Source: Candidatus Marinacidobacterales bacterium (lineage in GTDB: Bacteria; Acidobacteriota; Vicinamibacteria; Marinacidobacterales; DATDRI01). From it: a stretch of 64,000 nucleotides of DNA. Both the position numbers and the translations under genes were made by a program. The stretch spans positions 4,352,001 through 4,416,000 of the forward strand of contig CBDCNP010000002.1 in the NCBI GenBank assembly GCA_965219415.1. The letters run 5' to 3'. This document shows positions 20,016-31,779 of the stretch, one piece after another (position 1 is the stretch's first letter; each line of letters opens with the position of its first letter). Below the pieces are notes generated by a model that was given only the letters and a program-made list of their open reading frames with translations, searched no databases and was not told the origin of the DNA.

Positions 20016-20396
20016 GACGCACAAAAGGGAGATTCTATGCCCTGGCTCGAGAAACTCTTTGCTCCACTCTCGCCGGCGATTGATGAAGATTTGACCTGAA
20101 AGCACCGGTGTGCTCCGCAAACGGTCGATCCAGCGTTGATTGCGCGGTTTAGACTTGCCATGCTCGGCCGCGAATTTCGAGAACGCCTCTAGGATTCGAG
20201 CTTTCAGCTCCGTTCGTGTTTTCGGACACGACGGGGCTCATGCGTGAGCCTTCCCATCAATGCCAGCGGGTTCAGGCTAAATTCCCAAGCTCAGGCGATA
20301 CACCCATCAGGACGACCTTGTGCCATCTCCCGGAGGAGGCGTGGGTAGCATCGCCCAGCCTCAGATCGCCTTGCCCGAGGGTGTGAAGCGGAGACT

Positions 20397-20975
20397 GGTG
20401 CTTCCGCAATTAAGTGTTGGCGGCCAGCCCCTAACCTGTCTGCGTGCTAGAGTTTGAACCAGAATTCCGAAGACACAGTTCTCTCATCGTCAGGGCCGAG
20501 CCGAAGTGAAGAATCGCAGATGTCTCAATCTCGCATGTCCGTTGCGGAGCAAAGTTTCGGGCCAGCGTGTCTCTACGGCCAGGTCCTCAAAACGCGCAGG
20601 AACGATCGCATCATCAAGGTCGAACGCAGAGCGCTGCATGGCGATTCGAAGACGCGCTCAATAACTCCGAGGACTCCTCGACATTGAACACGTCGTTCAT
20701 CGAGCGGTTGAATCTGACCATCCGGCAAAGCTCAGCATACCTTTCGAGACGAACACTTTCCCACGCTCGCTCGACGGAGAGGCTTGATGAGCACTTGGAG
20801 TTGCTCCGTTGCTATTACAACTTCGTCCGACCGCACGGAGCTCTGAAGTTCGGACGTGAGATCCGAACTCCGGCTATGCAGGCTGGTCTGACCACGCGAC
20901 GGCTCACCTTTCGAGACATCTTCTTGGCGACGACGATTCCTTTGTGGTCGCGGATCGAGGTTTTCCTGCTCACTG
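20397..20975 (+). mobile_element. Internally deleted IS1-family element
   Basis: IS1 left end and N-terminus joined to the C-terminal part near 20555. Confidence 0.8.
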
Positions 20976-21283
20976 GGGCAGCCGACCCTGCGGGCTGCGG
21001 ACACGATCAAGGAATACAGCCAGTCCGATGGCGACCTCGACCTGTCCGGCCTAGTCAAATCGCTGAAGGAGGAGACCCGGGCCTGCAGCGAAGGCGACCT
21101 GAAGCGGGCGGAGGCCATGCTCACGGCACAGGCCCACACGCTCGACGCCATTTTCAACAAGATGGCGGTGCTGGCCATCAACGCTAAGTACATGGACCAG
21201 ATGGAACCCTTCCTGAAGGTGGGCCTGCGGGCGCAGTCCCAATGCCGGGCCACCTGGGAGTCGCTGGCGACGATTAAGAACCC
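20976..21283 (+). pseudogene. Fragment of a conserved phage/MGE-type hypothetical protein
   Basis: AEAMLTAQAHTLDAIF...GLRAQSQCRATWESLATIKNP. Confidence 0.45.
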
Positions 21284-22482
21284 CGTCTGGTCAAAATACC
21301 CGAACGCCCATCGGGTCAGCAGTTTGCACCTTTCCCAAGGCTGCTTGAATCCGCCATCGCGGTCGGATACGTATTCCAGTTCAGCGGAAGGAGTCGCGAT
21401 GGACTGGAAGACCATGCTGAGCTACATCTCAGGGTCCGTGGATGAGGAGTTGCTCCTGCGTAACGAGTATCTTGTGGCCGAGAATCGAGTTCTTCGAAAT
21501 CAGCTCCGGGGTCGCTTGCACCTGACCGATGGCGAACGGCGGTCTCTGGCCGAGCTCGGAAAGCGTCTGGGTAAGCAAGCCCTTGATGAGATCGCGAGTA
21601 TCGTGAACCCCGACACGATCCTAGGTTGGCACCGGAGGATTGTCGCGAAGAAGTTCGATAGCTCCAAGAACCGTCCGTATCCAGGGCGACCGCGAATCGA
21701 CGCCGACATCGAAGAGCTGGTGGTGCGTCTCGCCAAGGAGAACAACTCCTGGGGTTACGACCGGATTGCCGGGGCGCTAGCCAACCTCGGGCATGAAGTG
21801 GCCGACCAAACCGTCGGTAACATTCTGAAACGCCACGGCATTCCGCTCGCACCAGAGCGTCGGAAGACCACGACGTGGAGGGAATTCATCCGCTCGCACA
21901 TGGACGTGCTCGCGGCGACAGATTTCTTCACCGCGGAAGTGTGGACTCAGGGCGGGTTGGTGACGTACTACGTTCTGTTCTTCATGCACCTGGCTACCCG
22001 TCGAGTCCACGTCGCCGGCATCACGCCGCATCCGAACGAACAGTGGATGACTCAAGTGGCTCGCAACGTGACCATGGCAGATGTTGGCTTTCTGTCCTCG
22101 AGCCGATACCTCATTCACGACCGGGACTCGAAGTTCTGCGAGTCGTTCCACCGGACCATCGAGGCGGTTGGCGTCGCGCCCGTCAAGCTGCCCGCACGGA
22201 GCCCGGATTTGAACTCGTTCGCGGAGCGCTGGGTGAAGTCAGTCAAAGAGGAATGTCTCTCGAAGCTCATCCTGTTCGGCGAGAAGTCGCTCCGTCATGC
22301 GCTTAGGGAGTACGTCGTCTACTATCATCATGAGAGGAATCATCAAGGCAAGGAGAATCTGCTGCTGTTCCCAGCCAGCGACCCGTTACCTCAGTCCGAG
22401 CGCAAGGTGCGCTCCCGTGAACGGCTTGGCGGGTTGCTACGTTTCTACCATCGGGAAGCCGCATGAGTATTTTGACCTCACG
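21284..22482 (+). mobile_element. Complete rve (integrase-core) IS; transposase CDS 21399-22466
   Basis: IR cgtctggtcaaaatac / gtattttgacctcacg. Motifs WGYDRIAG, ATDFFT, IHDRD, SPDLNSFAERW. Confidence 0.88.
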
Positions 22483-22975
22483 GCGTTTCGGATGAGAGGT
22501 GTCTAGGTTTGGTTGGCAATGGGAGCTAGAATGAGAAGTCTGCTCGGGAGCGCCTATCGCAGAGCCAGTGCCGCGTCGGCTGGTCTCCGCAAATTTCGAG
22601 AACGCCTCTAGGATTCGAGCTTTCGGGCTCCGTTCGGGTTCTCGGACACGACGCGTTCGAGTATTTGACCAGACGCGACGTCGAGCTCAACGTACTATTT
22701 GCACCATACGATCTCGTCGAGGAACAGAGCTGCGACCCCGCCCGCCGCGGCATCACGCGGCACCGCGTAGGCGGCCTCGGTCAACACGCCGGGCAGGCTG
22801 CCGCCCTTGGTGCCGAATGCGGTGAACTCCCGTTGGATGGACTCGTTTCCATCGGCCACGGGCTCTCGTTCGAAAGCCCTTCTCATGCCCTACAAGCCGC
22901 TCGACATCGCGAGCCACCGGTGGCATCGAATCAACGCGCCCGGACTCGTGGCCGCGTCATCTTCGCGCTTGCCAG

Positions 22976-24400
22976 CTAGGGCATGGTCGCTAGCCGGGAA
23001 GCGCCAATCAGGGTAGCCGGAGAGAAACCGAAGCGCCCCCATCGTGGCAATATTCTTGAATTGTTCTGGTAGCTTGCGAGCAGTCGTTCTAACGCCTCTT
23101 GGTCTTCGGTCCCCAACACAACCCTTACCCGCGCGAAGTAGCTTTTGGAAACGGACCGCGCAAAAATCTCAAAGGGGCTACCGAAGCGATCCGCGTAGAT
23201 TAGAGTCTCCGGCCACCAGTCGCCTGACTCCAGCTCCGCACGCATGAACGCAACGAAATCCGCTTGCATCAGATAGCGGAAGTCCATTCCCGTACCTTGA
23301 CACCGTTCCTTTAGCAGGTCAGCTCGAAGCGACACACGCCCCAGCTTCATTCTGTTGTTGCGATGTTCGAGTGACTTCAGATGCTCTTGAAATACGGAAA
23401 ACCCTGCCATCACATCGGCTCCAGACGCCGAGCGCTCTGGACAATAGTAGGGAGTTGCAAGGAACAGGTTCGCCTCGTCGAATCGCTCGTGCTTCAGAAA
23501 GACACCAAGGGCACAGAGGAACAGCTCGTGGATAACGAATCTGAAGTTATCGAAATCCCCCTCTTTCCACGAGCTTATCTCTTGTGGCCTGTTCATGTAA
23601 GGAACCAGGCTCTCTAACAATCTGTGAAGCCGCCGCACGAAATTCGCACCGGGAGCGTGACGGGCGACTGCGGTAAAGACCTGAAGCAATTCGTTGCGGT
23701 AGGGGAGAAACTCTGCAATGCTCTTAACGACCGCTTCGTCAAAGTCGCCTTCGGCGTCTACAATCCTGAACCGTTCAAGATTTGATGTCACCAAGTCACA
23801 GTACTCATCAAGTAAACCCTCTGCGTGTGCCTTGTGATTAGTCAGACCATCGAGACATCGCCTGAACAACGCCGTGGAGCCGAGTGACACGTGATCACCC
23901 TCAGAGACGAACGTGGGACGTGTTCCAAGCTCTGGGCGCCTATAGAGTGGTTTGTTGAAGATCCATCTAAGCAGTTGTTCGAACTCGTCGGAGTACCGAT
24001 CGGGCTCACTGAGATCGATGTAGATGCGTGACTTGTAGTACGTCGGAAGGTAAGGCTCGCCGTCCGGACTCCTTTCCATCACAACAGCAACGAACTTGTC
24101 TTGAGCTTGCTTGTCATACACCTCCTTGGAGACGATTTGTGTTTCGGTTCCTACCCCTCCTTCTCGACCGTCAGCCTTAGTGGCATATGTTTCGTCGCAA
24201 ACAATGGCGACCTTTGCGACTTCTGGGTCGGTGACCATCCGTTCCATAAACGCGACGGCGTCGTGGCCCTCCTTTAGATCCCATTTGTCAAGGATCACGT
24301 CGACGCCCGACTGGCGAAGTTCGGTGGCCAGTTCTAGCACGCGCTGCTCGTGCGGTGAGTTGGACCAGCTATACGAGACGAAGAGTTTCGGAGCACTCAC
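22976..24400 (-). CDS. SEFIR/TIR-like domain protein (candidate anti-phage NADase)
   Basis: PKLFVSYSWS, GVDVILDKWDLKEG, FMERMV, GGVGTETQI, followed by a helical C-terminal region. GTG start at 24400. Confidence 0.85.
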   Translation of the reverse strand: MSAPKLFVSYSWSNSPHEQRVLELATELRQSGVDVILDKWDLKEGHDAVAFMERMVTDPEVAKVAIVCDETYATKADGREGGVGTETQIVSKEVYDKQAQDKFVAVVMERSPDGEPYLPTYYKSRIYIDLSEPDRYSDEFEQLLRWIFNKPLYRRPELGTRPTFVSEGDHVSLGSTALFRRCLDGLTNHKAHAEGLLDEYCDLVTSNLERFRIVDAEGDFDEAVVKSIAEFLPYRNELLQVFTAVARHAPGANFVRRLHRLLESLVPYMNRPQEISSWKEGDFDNFRFVIHELFLCALGVFLKHERFDEANLFLATPYYCPERSASGADVMAGFSVFQEHLKSLEHRNNRMKLGRVSLRADLLKERCQGTGMDFRYLMQADFVAFMRAELESGDWWPETLIYADRFGSPFEIFARSVSKSYFARVRVVLGTEDQEALERLLASYQNNSRILPRWGRFGFSPATLIGASRLATMP

Positions 24401-24554
24401 GAGCAGCCACCTGATACGCAACCGAGAGAATAGGAGGGGCCAGTGGCGATCGGCACCGCCGAGAGACACCCGTGGGGTGCGAAGTCGTCTTGGGGTAGAT
24501 GCCAGTCGCTCACGCGAGCACCGCTTTCTGGCCGGTTTTCATTGATGTTTTGTG

Positions 24555-24714
24555 CGCCGTCGGTATTAGGGTGCGCCGCGAGGCGATCAGCCAAGATATG
24601 GTGTTGCTTAGTACGCTCCTCAGCGATAAGCGCCTCAAGGGACTTCCGAGACAGAGCATGGTCTCCTCGGGCGCCAGTGCGTACGAGATCAAGTAGCAGA
24701 TCGGCTCGTGCCAT
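24555..24714 (-). pseudogene. N-terminal fragment of an IetA-like AAA ATPase (family usually paired with an S8 protease)
   Basis: MARADLLLDLVRTGARGD..LEALIAEERTKQHHILADRL; no Walker motifs follow. Confidence 0.55.
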
Positions 24715-24991
24715 TAGTAACCCTCCGTCGAAGACCCGCTGGTGGCTTCAAAAGAAGATGAGGGCTCACAAAAATTAGTCATCAATCAAACCAAGTTCCC
24801 TGAGCGGTTCAAGGACGCCGTTCTTCAGCTTGTTTTTGTAGAATCTGCTCTTCGGTTTCGCTTTGGTGTCGATGGAGACTTCACCCGCCACGTCCGCAAG
24901 GTTGAACTGCCTGTGATCCGCAAAAAAGAAGATCGCGTACCGCTGGATCGACTTTTTGCGGAGCACAAGTGCCAGCGGCCTCACCGACACC

Positions 24992-25498
24992 TCAGAACCG
25001 AATTCTAACGCCTCCGCCCACCCGGAATCCACCGGCAGTTATGTCTATGGGCTCCCCGCCCTCGCGCATCACTTCGATGCTGGCCTTACTGAATCGCGCC
25101 ATGAAGGAAAACCCAAACGATTCAGTCAGATAGTACGCAAAGGTGGCTCCAGCGTGAAACCCCAGAGCACTCTTGTTGGCGGTCACACGACTGACGGATA
25201 CTAGGGAAATCTCGTCAAACGGGTATTCAGATTCTACCCTTCCGGTATTCAGGAGTTCAGTCTCTACGTCAAAAAAGCTCGGACCGGCAAACAGGATCTA
25301 GTTCAACGTCCGACACCACGAGTAGATAGGCAACGCCGAAGTGAGTCGATAATTCCGAGTACCTCAGCCCTTCGATCTCCATGTGATCCGTGCCATGCTT
25401 GTTGAACAGAAGGGGGTGAGGGGTCGAAACATCAAACGTCCCGACGTATTCTGCCTCCATGAGCTCGAAACTCCAGACGAACGCTTCGATATTCGCTC
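24992..25498 (-). pseudogene. Degraded outer-membrane beta-barrel gene
   Basis: Alternating beta-strand pattern ending GGFRVGGGVRIRF; broken frames; IS256 at its 5' side. Confidence 0.5.
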
Positions 25499-25506
25499 TC
25501 GACTAG

Positions 25507-26878
25507 GAGCTACCCTCAGAAGGTGTGGAAATAAAGTAAAGGCGGAGTAACCTTCCGCGTCACGAAACACGGCCTGAAGGGGCCAACGGAAGGAGACACC
25601 GCCATGAAGGAAAAGACCACAGGACGACGGAGCTCGTCAAGGGTGGCTTGGGAGTCGCTGGAGAAGTGGGCGAGGCTTGAGATCCAGGATTGGGTGCAGG
25701 AGCTGATGGTAGCCGAAGTCACGGAGCTTCTCGGGCGTGAGAAATCGGAGAGACGGAAGCCCGTGGACACAACGGCGGGCTATCGAAATGGATACGGTAA
25801 GCCTCGGAAGCTGACGATGAGCGTGGGCACAGTGACGGTTCGCCGGCCGAGAGTACGGGACGTGGAGGAGAGGTTCGAAAGTCGAGTGCTTCCGCTGTTC
25901 AAGCGTCGGAGCGAAACGGTGAGCGAGTTGATTCCGGAGCTGTACCTGCATGGACTAGCTCACGGAAATTTCGATCTGGCGCTCCGCGGGCTTCTAGGGG
26001 AGGACGCTCCACTTTCTCCCAGCACGGTGTCGCGGCTGAAACAGAAATGGCAGGGAGAGTACGAGCAGTGGCTAGCTCGCCCACTGGACGAACTCGAGCT
26101 CGTGTCCCTGTGGGTAGATGGCGTGTACGTGAAGGCCGGCCTTGAGAAGGACAAGGCGGCGGTGCTAGTTGCGGTTGGTGGCCTGTCCGACGGGACGAAA
26201 ATCGTCCTGACGCTGGAGGCCGGGCATCGAGAATCCGAAGCGTCATGGTCGTCGCTGCTACGGAGACTGAAGAAGCGCGGTCTGAGATGTCCCCGTTTGG
26301 TGATCGGTGACGGTCATCTCGGCATCTGGGCCGCGACCCGAAACGTATTTCCAGAAGCTGAGGAACAGCGGTGCTGGAACCACCGAATCCTCAACGTACT
26401 GGACCGGATTCCGAAAAGGGACCAGGCGCAGGCCAAGCCGCTGTTGACGGCGATCCCCTACGCCACCAGCCTGCAGGAGTGCGAGACGAAGAAGGCCAAG
26501 TTCCAGGATTGGTGCTTGCGCAAGGGTCTTCCGGGGGCCGCGCACGTGCTCGACGAGGACTGGGAGCGGATGGTCAGCTTCTATTCCTTTCCCAAGCCTC
26601 ACTGGCAACACCTTCGCACGAGCAACGTCGTGGAGTCACCGTTCGCTGCACTGAGATTGAGAACGGATGCGGCCAAAAGGTTCAAGAAAGTCGAGTCCGC
26701 CACTGCGACAATCTTCAAACTGCTTCTGGTTGCGGAGAAGAATTTTCGCCGGCTCAACGCACCGGAGCTGATGCGAGAGGTTCACCTGGGCGTTCGATTT
26801 GAAGATGGAGACAGGGTAACGGAGTCGTCGAAGGTTGCTGCTGCCTGAACTTTTTTACACACCTATTGACAAGAGCTC
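25507..26878 (+). mobile_element. IS256-family element; transposase CDS 25604-26848
   Basis: IR gagctaccctcagaaggtgtgg / acacacctattgacaagagctc. TSD TCGACTAG (25499-25506 and 26879-26886). Motifs YRNGY, WVDG, GDG, QRCWNH, RTSNVVES. Confidence 0.92.
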
Positions 26879-27909
26879 TCGACTAGGTAGTCATCTGCAT
26901 GGTGACGACCCGCCCGCCCAAGACGATTGTAAAGCCCACGGCCCTTGGCCCGGTCGCAAACACAGACACTAAGTTGCTGATTTATGGCCTATTTCAAAAG
27001 GGCCGAGTTTTGGCACAGGACGGGATTCGAGCGGACGTCGACGGCGACGGTCGCACGGAGTACGTGCCTCATGACGATCAAACCGGCCCGCGCCCGCCGG
27101 AGCATTCCTACGTGCTCTTCGCGACGGGCAGTCCGACCACGGAGCTCGGCACGACGCGGCGCTTCTACTTCGGCGGCAACATTTACGAAGGCTGGTCCAC
27201 CAGAAGAAAAGCGAAATGGCTCAACGCGGTCCGAAGAGATGAATGAATGAGCCAACGGGCAAAATCCCGCTTTGGTGCCCAGAATCCCCGCCAATCCTCA
27301 CTTTTGACCAAAAAGTAGCAAAAATGCTGAAGGCACCCGATGTTCTGCGGAGTATTCAGAAGGCGCTATTGGCGGCGGGTCATCCAGTAGACGAGTTCGG
27401 GCATCCGCGTCCGACTGCATAGAGTCCGTGTCCGCCCCGCCTATCGCGGAGCACCCGTGGCCGAATCACGGCGGAGGACAACGATGGAGCCTGACCAGAA
27501 GCCCGCTGCGCTGGATGGTTCCCCCGCTGATGCTCAGGGTGCCGACTATAGTAATGATGAAGGACACGCAACCGATCCACTGATGGGTGCTTCCGCAGTC
27601 AAGTGTTGGCGGCCGTCGCGTAACCTGTTCGCGTGCTAGAGTTTTAGCCTGATTTCGATAGACGCAGTTCTTTCGTCGATGCCGGCTGGGCCGAGTTTTG
27701 GCACAGGACGCGGTGGGCGTTCGAGCCGGATTCGAGTTGGGCTTCAATCCGCTTCTCTCGATGGCAACCTCAACCTCCTGGACGCCTGAAAGACGGGTGT
27801 TCACGATGGCTGAAATACACAACCGCCTCGGTCGGATCGTTCTAGAAGTCGCGATATCCTCCACTTGCTACAGAGGCAGACACCAGGTAGGGTATGCGCA
27901 AGTTTGGAT

Positions 27910-30603
27910 ATGACGTCGCCAGCACCATCCGCTGCCTTGTTGAGACCAGATTCGCTCCAAGCGCTGCTCCGTTTGTGCGGGTATCGGCCGAGCCTCCTTA
28001 GAAACGATTTTCCCTTTGACGACCATCTGACGGTTCCGCTGGTTGGCTTCGCGCAATCTCCTGTGGACTCGCGGTCGGCTTGCGTTGCGGTTCTTTCGAC
28101 TACCTCTGAACCTCGTCAGGCCGTAGAAGCCTGCAGGCTTCTCGGAGCCCCGCTTGTTTTCGTCTGCATTGCGGACACACTGCAATGGTGGAAGCAAGGG
28201 ACGCAGTCAGCGGAACTGCTTGAGAGCATACCGGCACAGCAGGTTGCCAATTTTTTCAAACGACATGCCGACGAGTTGTCACCCAGCGCAATCTATCGCG
28301 CGAAAACGTGGGGACGCTTTCAAAGTCAGCACCAATTGGCGTTCGTCGACCTTGGTCTGATGCCGTTGGTCGAAGAGGAAGTAGGGCGAGCCATAGGGCG
28401 CCTTATTGAGCGTAACGTCGTTGATCTCAAGCGCAGATTGGGGTGGCATGATGTGTCGAGTTCTCAGGGGCATTGGCTCTTGAAAGTCATTTTTTGGCTT
28501 CTCTCTGGAAAAATTCTCCGGGATAAAGAAATCCCGAATTTCCAGGACCTCGATCTCCATGACGTCAGAACCGTCTTTGCCCGGGTGGCGAGCCATTACG
28601 GAAGCGACCCCATTGAAATCGAATCGGAGAAGAAACTCGAAGCTCTCAACGAATCTGCCCGCGTTTTCGACGAGTTCAGCCGCCTCACGCTAACGACGAC
28701 AGAAGCGTTGGCGTACGTCTACGAGAACACGCTCGTCTCAAAAGACACACGTTCTTCGTTGGGAACGCATAGTACGCCATCCTTTCTTGTGGACTACATC
28801 GTGGGCAACTTGGCCGATTGGATAGAGGAAATACCAGTCAACGACAGAAGCGTCTTCGAGCCCGCGTGTGGTCATGCAGCGTTTCTTGTTTCAGCCATGC
28901 GTCTGTTGACCGAGCTGCTCCCGCCTGAAAAGGCGACACCAAGCCGTCGAGGCCCCTATTTGAGACGTCGTCTCCACGGCACCGAAATAGATGCTTTTGC
29001 TCTCGAACTCGCCCGCCTTTCGCTCACGCTTACGGACATTCCGAATCCGGACGGGTGGGACTTGAAGGTCGAAGACATGTTTGTTGGGAACACTCTCTCA
29101 GAGCAGGCACGGCGCAACACCATACTTCTAGCGAATCCGCCCTTCGGTAATTTTACGCCTCAACGTCGTGACCGATATCGACAACAAGGAACAAACATTG
29201 GTGTCGTCAATCAGGCGAGTGAAATGCTTCGGCGTGCCATCCCGGAACTACGATCCGGTAGCGTGTTCGGCGTCGTCGTGCCGCAGACGTTTCTTCACAG
29301 TGCATACGGCGAGAATGTTCGACAATTGCTTGTCGAAACATGTGAACTGGCCGAAATTTCTCTATTCCCTGACAAAGTCTTCTCCTTTTCAGATGCCGAA
29401 TCCGCAGTTCTTCTTGGTCGTCGTCGTCACCGTTCCAAGTTCCGTCGTGCCTCCGTGTCGCGACTTGAGCCCGACCCTAATTACTACTGTCAATCGGTTC
29501 GTTACCGCCGCGTTCGCGAACACGAAATGGAAGCGTTCCGAACCTCCTACCAAGCCTCGACCGGAAGACCCGTTCGGCAGGCACGGTTCTCGGAGGAAGA
29601 TCGATGGAACCTACGCCTTCCCGAACTGGAATCAGTTTGGCAAGCCCTGAGCCACTTGCCACCGATTGCCGCTGTTGCCACACTGGGACAGGGGTTGTTC
29701 TTTCGCGGAAAAGACTTACCCTCTGGAGTCCCAACCTCTTCGAATGAGCCTTTCCGCGGAGCGCAGCCGGGATACACTCGACTTGGGCGTGGCATTCAAC
29801 TGCATGAGCATCCGACGCGCTCTTGGCTAAATCTGGCGGATGAAGCAATAGATCGACGCGTAGCTGGTGCGACAATCGGGGTCTCGCAGGTGCTACTGAA
29901 CTACGCCCCAGTGAGCAGAGGTCCATGGCGACTCAAGGCGCTTATCGACCGAGCGGGACACCCAGTCACGAACCGGTTCATTACCGTTCGGCCAAACTCC
30001 TGCTCGATCGAAGTGCTCTGGGCTATCTTGAATTCACCCGTCGCTAATGCGTATGCTTTCGTTTACCTAGGGAAACGAGACAACATAGTCGGTAAGGTCC
30101 GGAACATTCCGTTTCCATCGGCCACGAATTTGCGGGCAGTCGAAATGGCTGTGGCCGCATACCTAGACTCTGCGAGGGCGAACACGGACGCGACGATACT
30201 TCGCACCCTGATGCTCGAAATCGACGCTGAAGTCCTAAAGGCCTACGCACTACCCGTGCAGCTGGAGCGATCACTGCTAGATTTGTTTTCAGGGTACAGA
30301 CGTGTTGGTGTTCCCTTCGAGATGAACCGCTACTTCCCTAGAGCGCTCAGCCATCCAATGCGGCTCGCCGACTATTTGAAATTCTCTGAAGATTGGGAAA
30401 GAACAAATCGCGAACGACACACGCTAGTACACAAAGAACTCGAGAGAACGCTGAGCGACGAAGATAAGATTCGACTCGATGCGCTGCAGGCGTACGCGGA
30501 CTACCACCTCGACCGAGTTGCTCCTCGGCCTTTCAGTGTTCTCGATGAAGTAGAAGGGCTCATCGTTTCACGCAAAGACTCTCGGGAACGACAGACGGAA
30601 TGA
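27910..30603 (+). CDS. Large N6-adenine DNA methyltransferase (type IIG/Eco57I-like layout) with a C-terminal helical extension
   Basis: GTHSTP, VFEPACGHAAFL (motif I), GTEID, LANPPF (motif IV), then a TRD-like region (AILNSPVANAY). Confidence 0.85.
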   Translation: MTSPAPSAALLRPDSLQALLRLCGYRPSLLRNDFPFDDHLTVPLVGFAQSPVDSRSACVAVLSTTSEPRQAVEACRLLGAPLVFVCIADTLQWWKQGTQSAELLESIPAQQVANFFKRHADELSPSAIYRAKTWGRFQSQHQLAFVDLGLMPLVEEEVGRAIGRLIERNVVDLKRRLGWHDVSSSQGHWLLKVIFWLLSGKILRDKEIPNFQDLDLHDVRTVFARVASHYGSDPIEIESEKKLEALNESARVFDEFSRLTLTTTEALAYVYENTLVSKDTRSSLGTHSTPSFLVDYIVGNLADWIEEIPVNDRSVFEPACGHAAFLVSAMRLLTELLPPEKATPSRRGPYLRRRLHGTEIDAFALELARLSLTLTDIPNPDGWDLKVEDMFVGNTLSEQARRNTILLANPPFGNFTPQRRDRYRQQGTNIGVVNQASEMLRRAIPELRSGSVFGVVVPQTFLHSAYGENVRQLLVETCELAEISLFPDKVFSFSDAESAVLLGRRRHRSKFRRASVSRLEPDPNYYCQSVRYRRVREHEMEAFRTSYQASTGRPVRQARFSEEDRWNLRLPELESVWQALSHLPPIAAVATLGQGLFFRGKDLPSGVPTSSNEPFRGAQPGYTRLGRGIQLHEHPTRSWLNLADEAIDRRVAGATIGVSQVLLNYAPVSRGPWRLKALIDRAGHPVTNRFITVRPNSCSIEVLWAILNSPVANAYAFVYLGKRDNIVGKVRNIPFPSATNLRAVEMAVAAYLDSARANTDATILRTLMLEIDAEVLKAYALPVQLERSLLDLFSGYRRVGVPFEMNRYFPRALSHPMRLADYLKFSEDWERTNRERHTLVHKELERTLSDEDKIRLDALQAYADYHLDRVAPRPFSVLDEVEGLIVSRKDSRERQTE

Positions 30604-31196
30604 ATGGATATGACTATCCTTCCGGACCACATGTCCGGCGTCATGGCCCACAAGGCTATCGTAATTATGAGAGCTACAGAGACTGGCTTCGTGACGAATT
30701 CATGTTTCGTTGCGTCTATTGTCTTCAGCGCGAGCAATGGTATGGCCGAAGCGGAGCATTTCACATCGATCACTTCGTTCCAGTTTCGGTAGATCCTGGG
30801 AAAAAATGCGAGTACTCGAACGTACTCTATGCTTGTTCGGCATGCAACGAAGCCAAAGGTGACGCGGTCGGCATGCCCAACCCATGCGATGTCACGCTCT
30901 CAAAGAGTCTACGTGTCAAGAACGATGGGTCCATCAAGCCGCTCAATCGTGACGGTGAATTGCTCGTTCGGATACTGCGTCTTAACAGCGAGTCGAACGT
31001 ACGCTATCGCTCACAATGGATGCGAAAATTACGGACCCTTCGCGAGTTCAATCGAGAGCTTTACGAGGAATTCCTAGGGTTTCCGGAAAACCTGCCTGAT
31101 TTACGAAGGAAGCGCGTTAAGAATACGAAGCCAAACGGGGCACAGAACTGCTATTTCGCTCTGAGGGAACGAGGAGAACTTCCTAGAGTCTACTGA
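30600..31196 (+). CDS. HNH endonuclease
   Basis: FRCVYC...FHIDHFVP...NVLYACSACNEAK. ATGA overlap with the MTase stop. Confidence 0.9.
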   Translation: MNGYDYPSGPHVRRHGPQGYRNYESYRDWLRDEFMFRCVYCLQREQWYGRSGAFHIDHFVPVSVDPGKKCEYSNVLYACSACNEAKGDAVGMPNPCDVTLSKSLRVKNDGSIKPLNRDGELLVRILRLNSESNVRYRSQWMRKLRTLREFNRELYEEFLGFPENLPDLRRKRVKNTKPNGAQNCYFALRERGELPRVY

Positions 31197-31462
31197 GACG
31201 ACTCCGTCGGGTTGGACCTGCGAGCGAGAACCGATACCGCAGCCTGCCATACGGGTCGACCTTTGAACCATTTTCAAGCGGCTCGACGTCAATGCCCACC
31301 TTCAGAATTAGTCCGATCCACAGGACTGGTTCAGCCCGCATCCCTTCAATCCCATGCGGCTGAAAGCGCTTGAAGTCTTCACCAAGGGCCAGCCCTACCG
31401 CGAGCTGATCGGCTCCAACGGAGGAACCCTCACTGCCGACGAAGTCGCCGATCAGGTGACCG

Positions 31463-31779
31463 CGTCCTGTGCCAAAACTCGGCCCTCTTGAAATAGCCGA
31501 TAAATCAGCAGCTTAGCGTCTGTGTTTTGCGACGGTGCCAAGGGCTGTGGGCTTTACAATCGTCTGGCCCGAGGGTGTTATCTTCGGATCCATCATGACG
31601 TACCATGTGCAAATCCTACTGTTGGTCAGGCAGCCGTTGTTCGATCGGGCAGCCCTGCTGCTCACACAGACCTCATGGGTGCTTCCGCCATTAAGTGTTG
31701 GTAAAATGACGCTAAGACTTTACAGTGCATTAAATTACAGCCATGGTCTTTCAAAAGGGCCGAGTTTTGGCACAGGACG
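31463..31779. repeat. Copy of the 2996-3270 segment (rve left end + partial MITE), followed by an inverted rve end
   Basis: Same junction, gacctcatg|ggtgcttccgcc, as at 3210. Confidence 0.75.

Noticed and set aside
21117-22466. 449-aa fusion ORF; likewise the N-terminal extensions of 3592-4812, 42087-43370 and 46818-48563
   Set aside because: The extensions cross IS boundaries; the real starts lie inside the elements or at the signal peptide.
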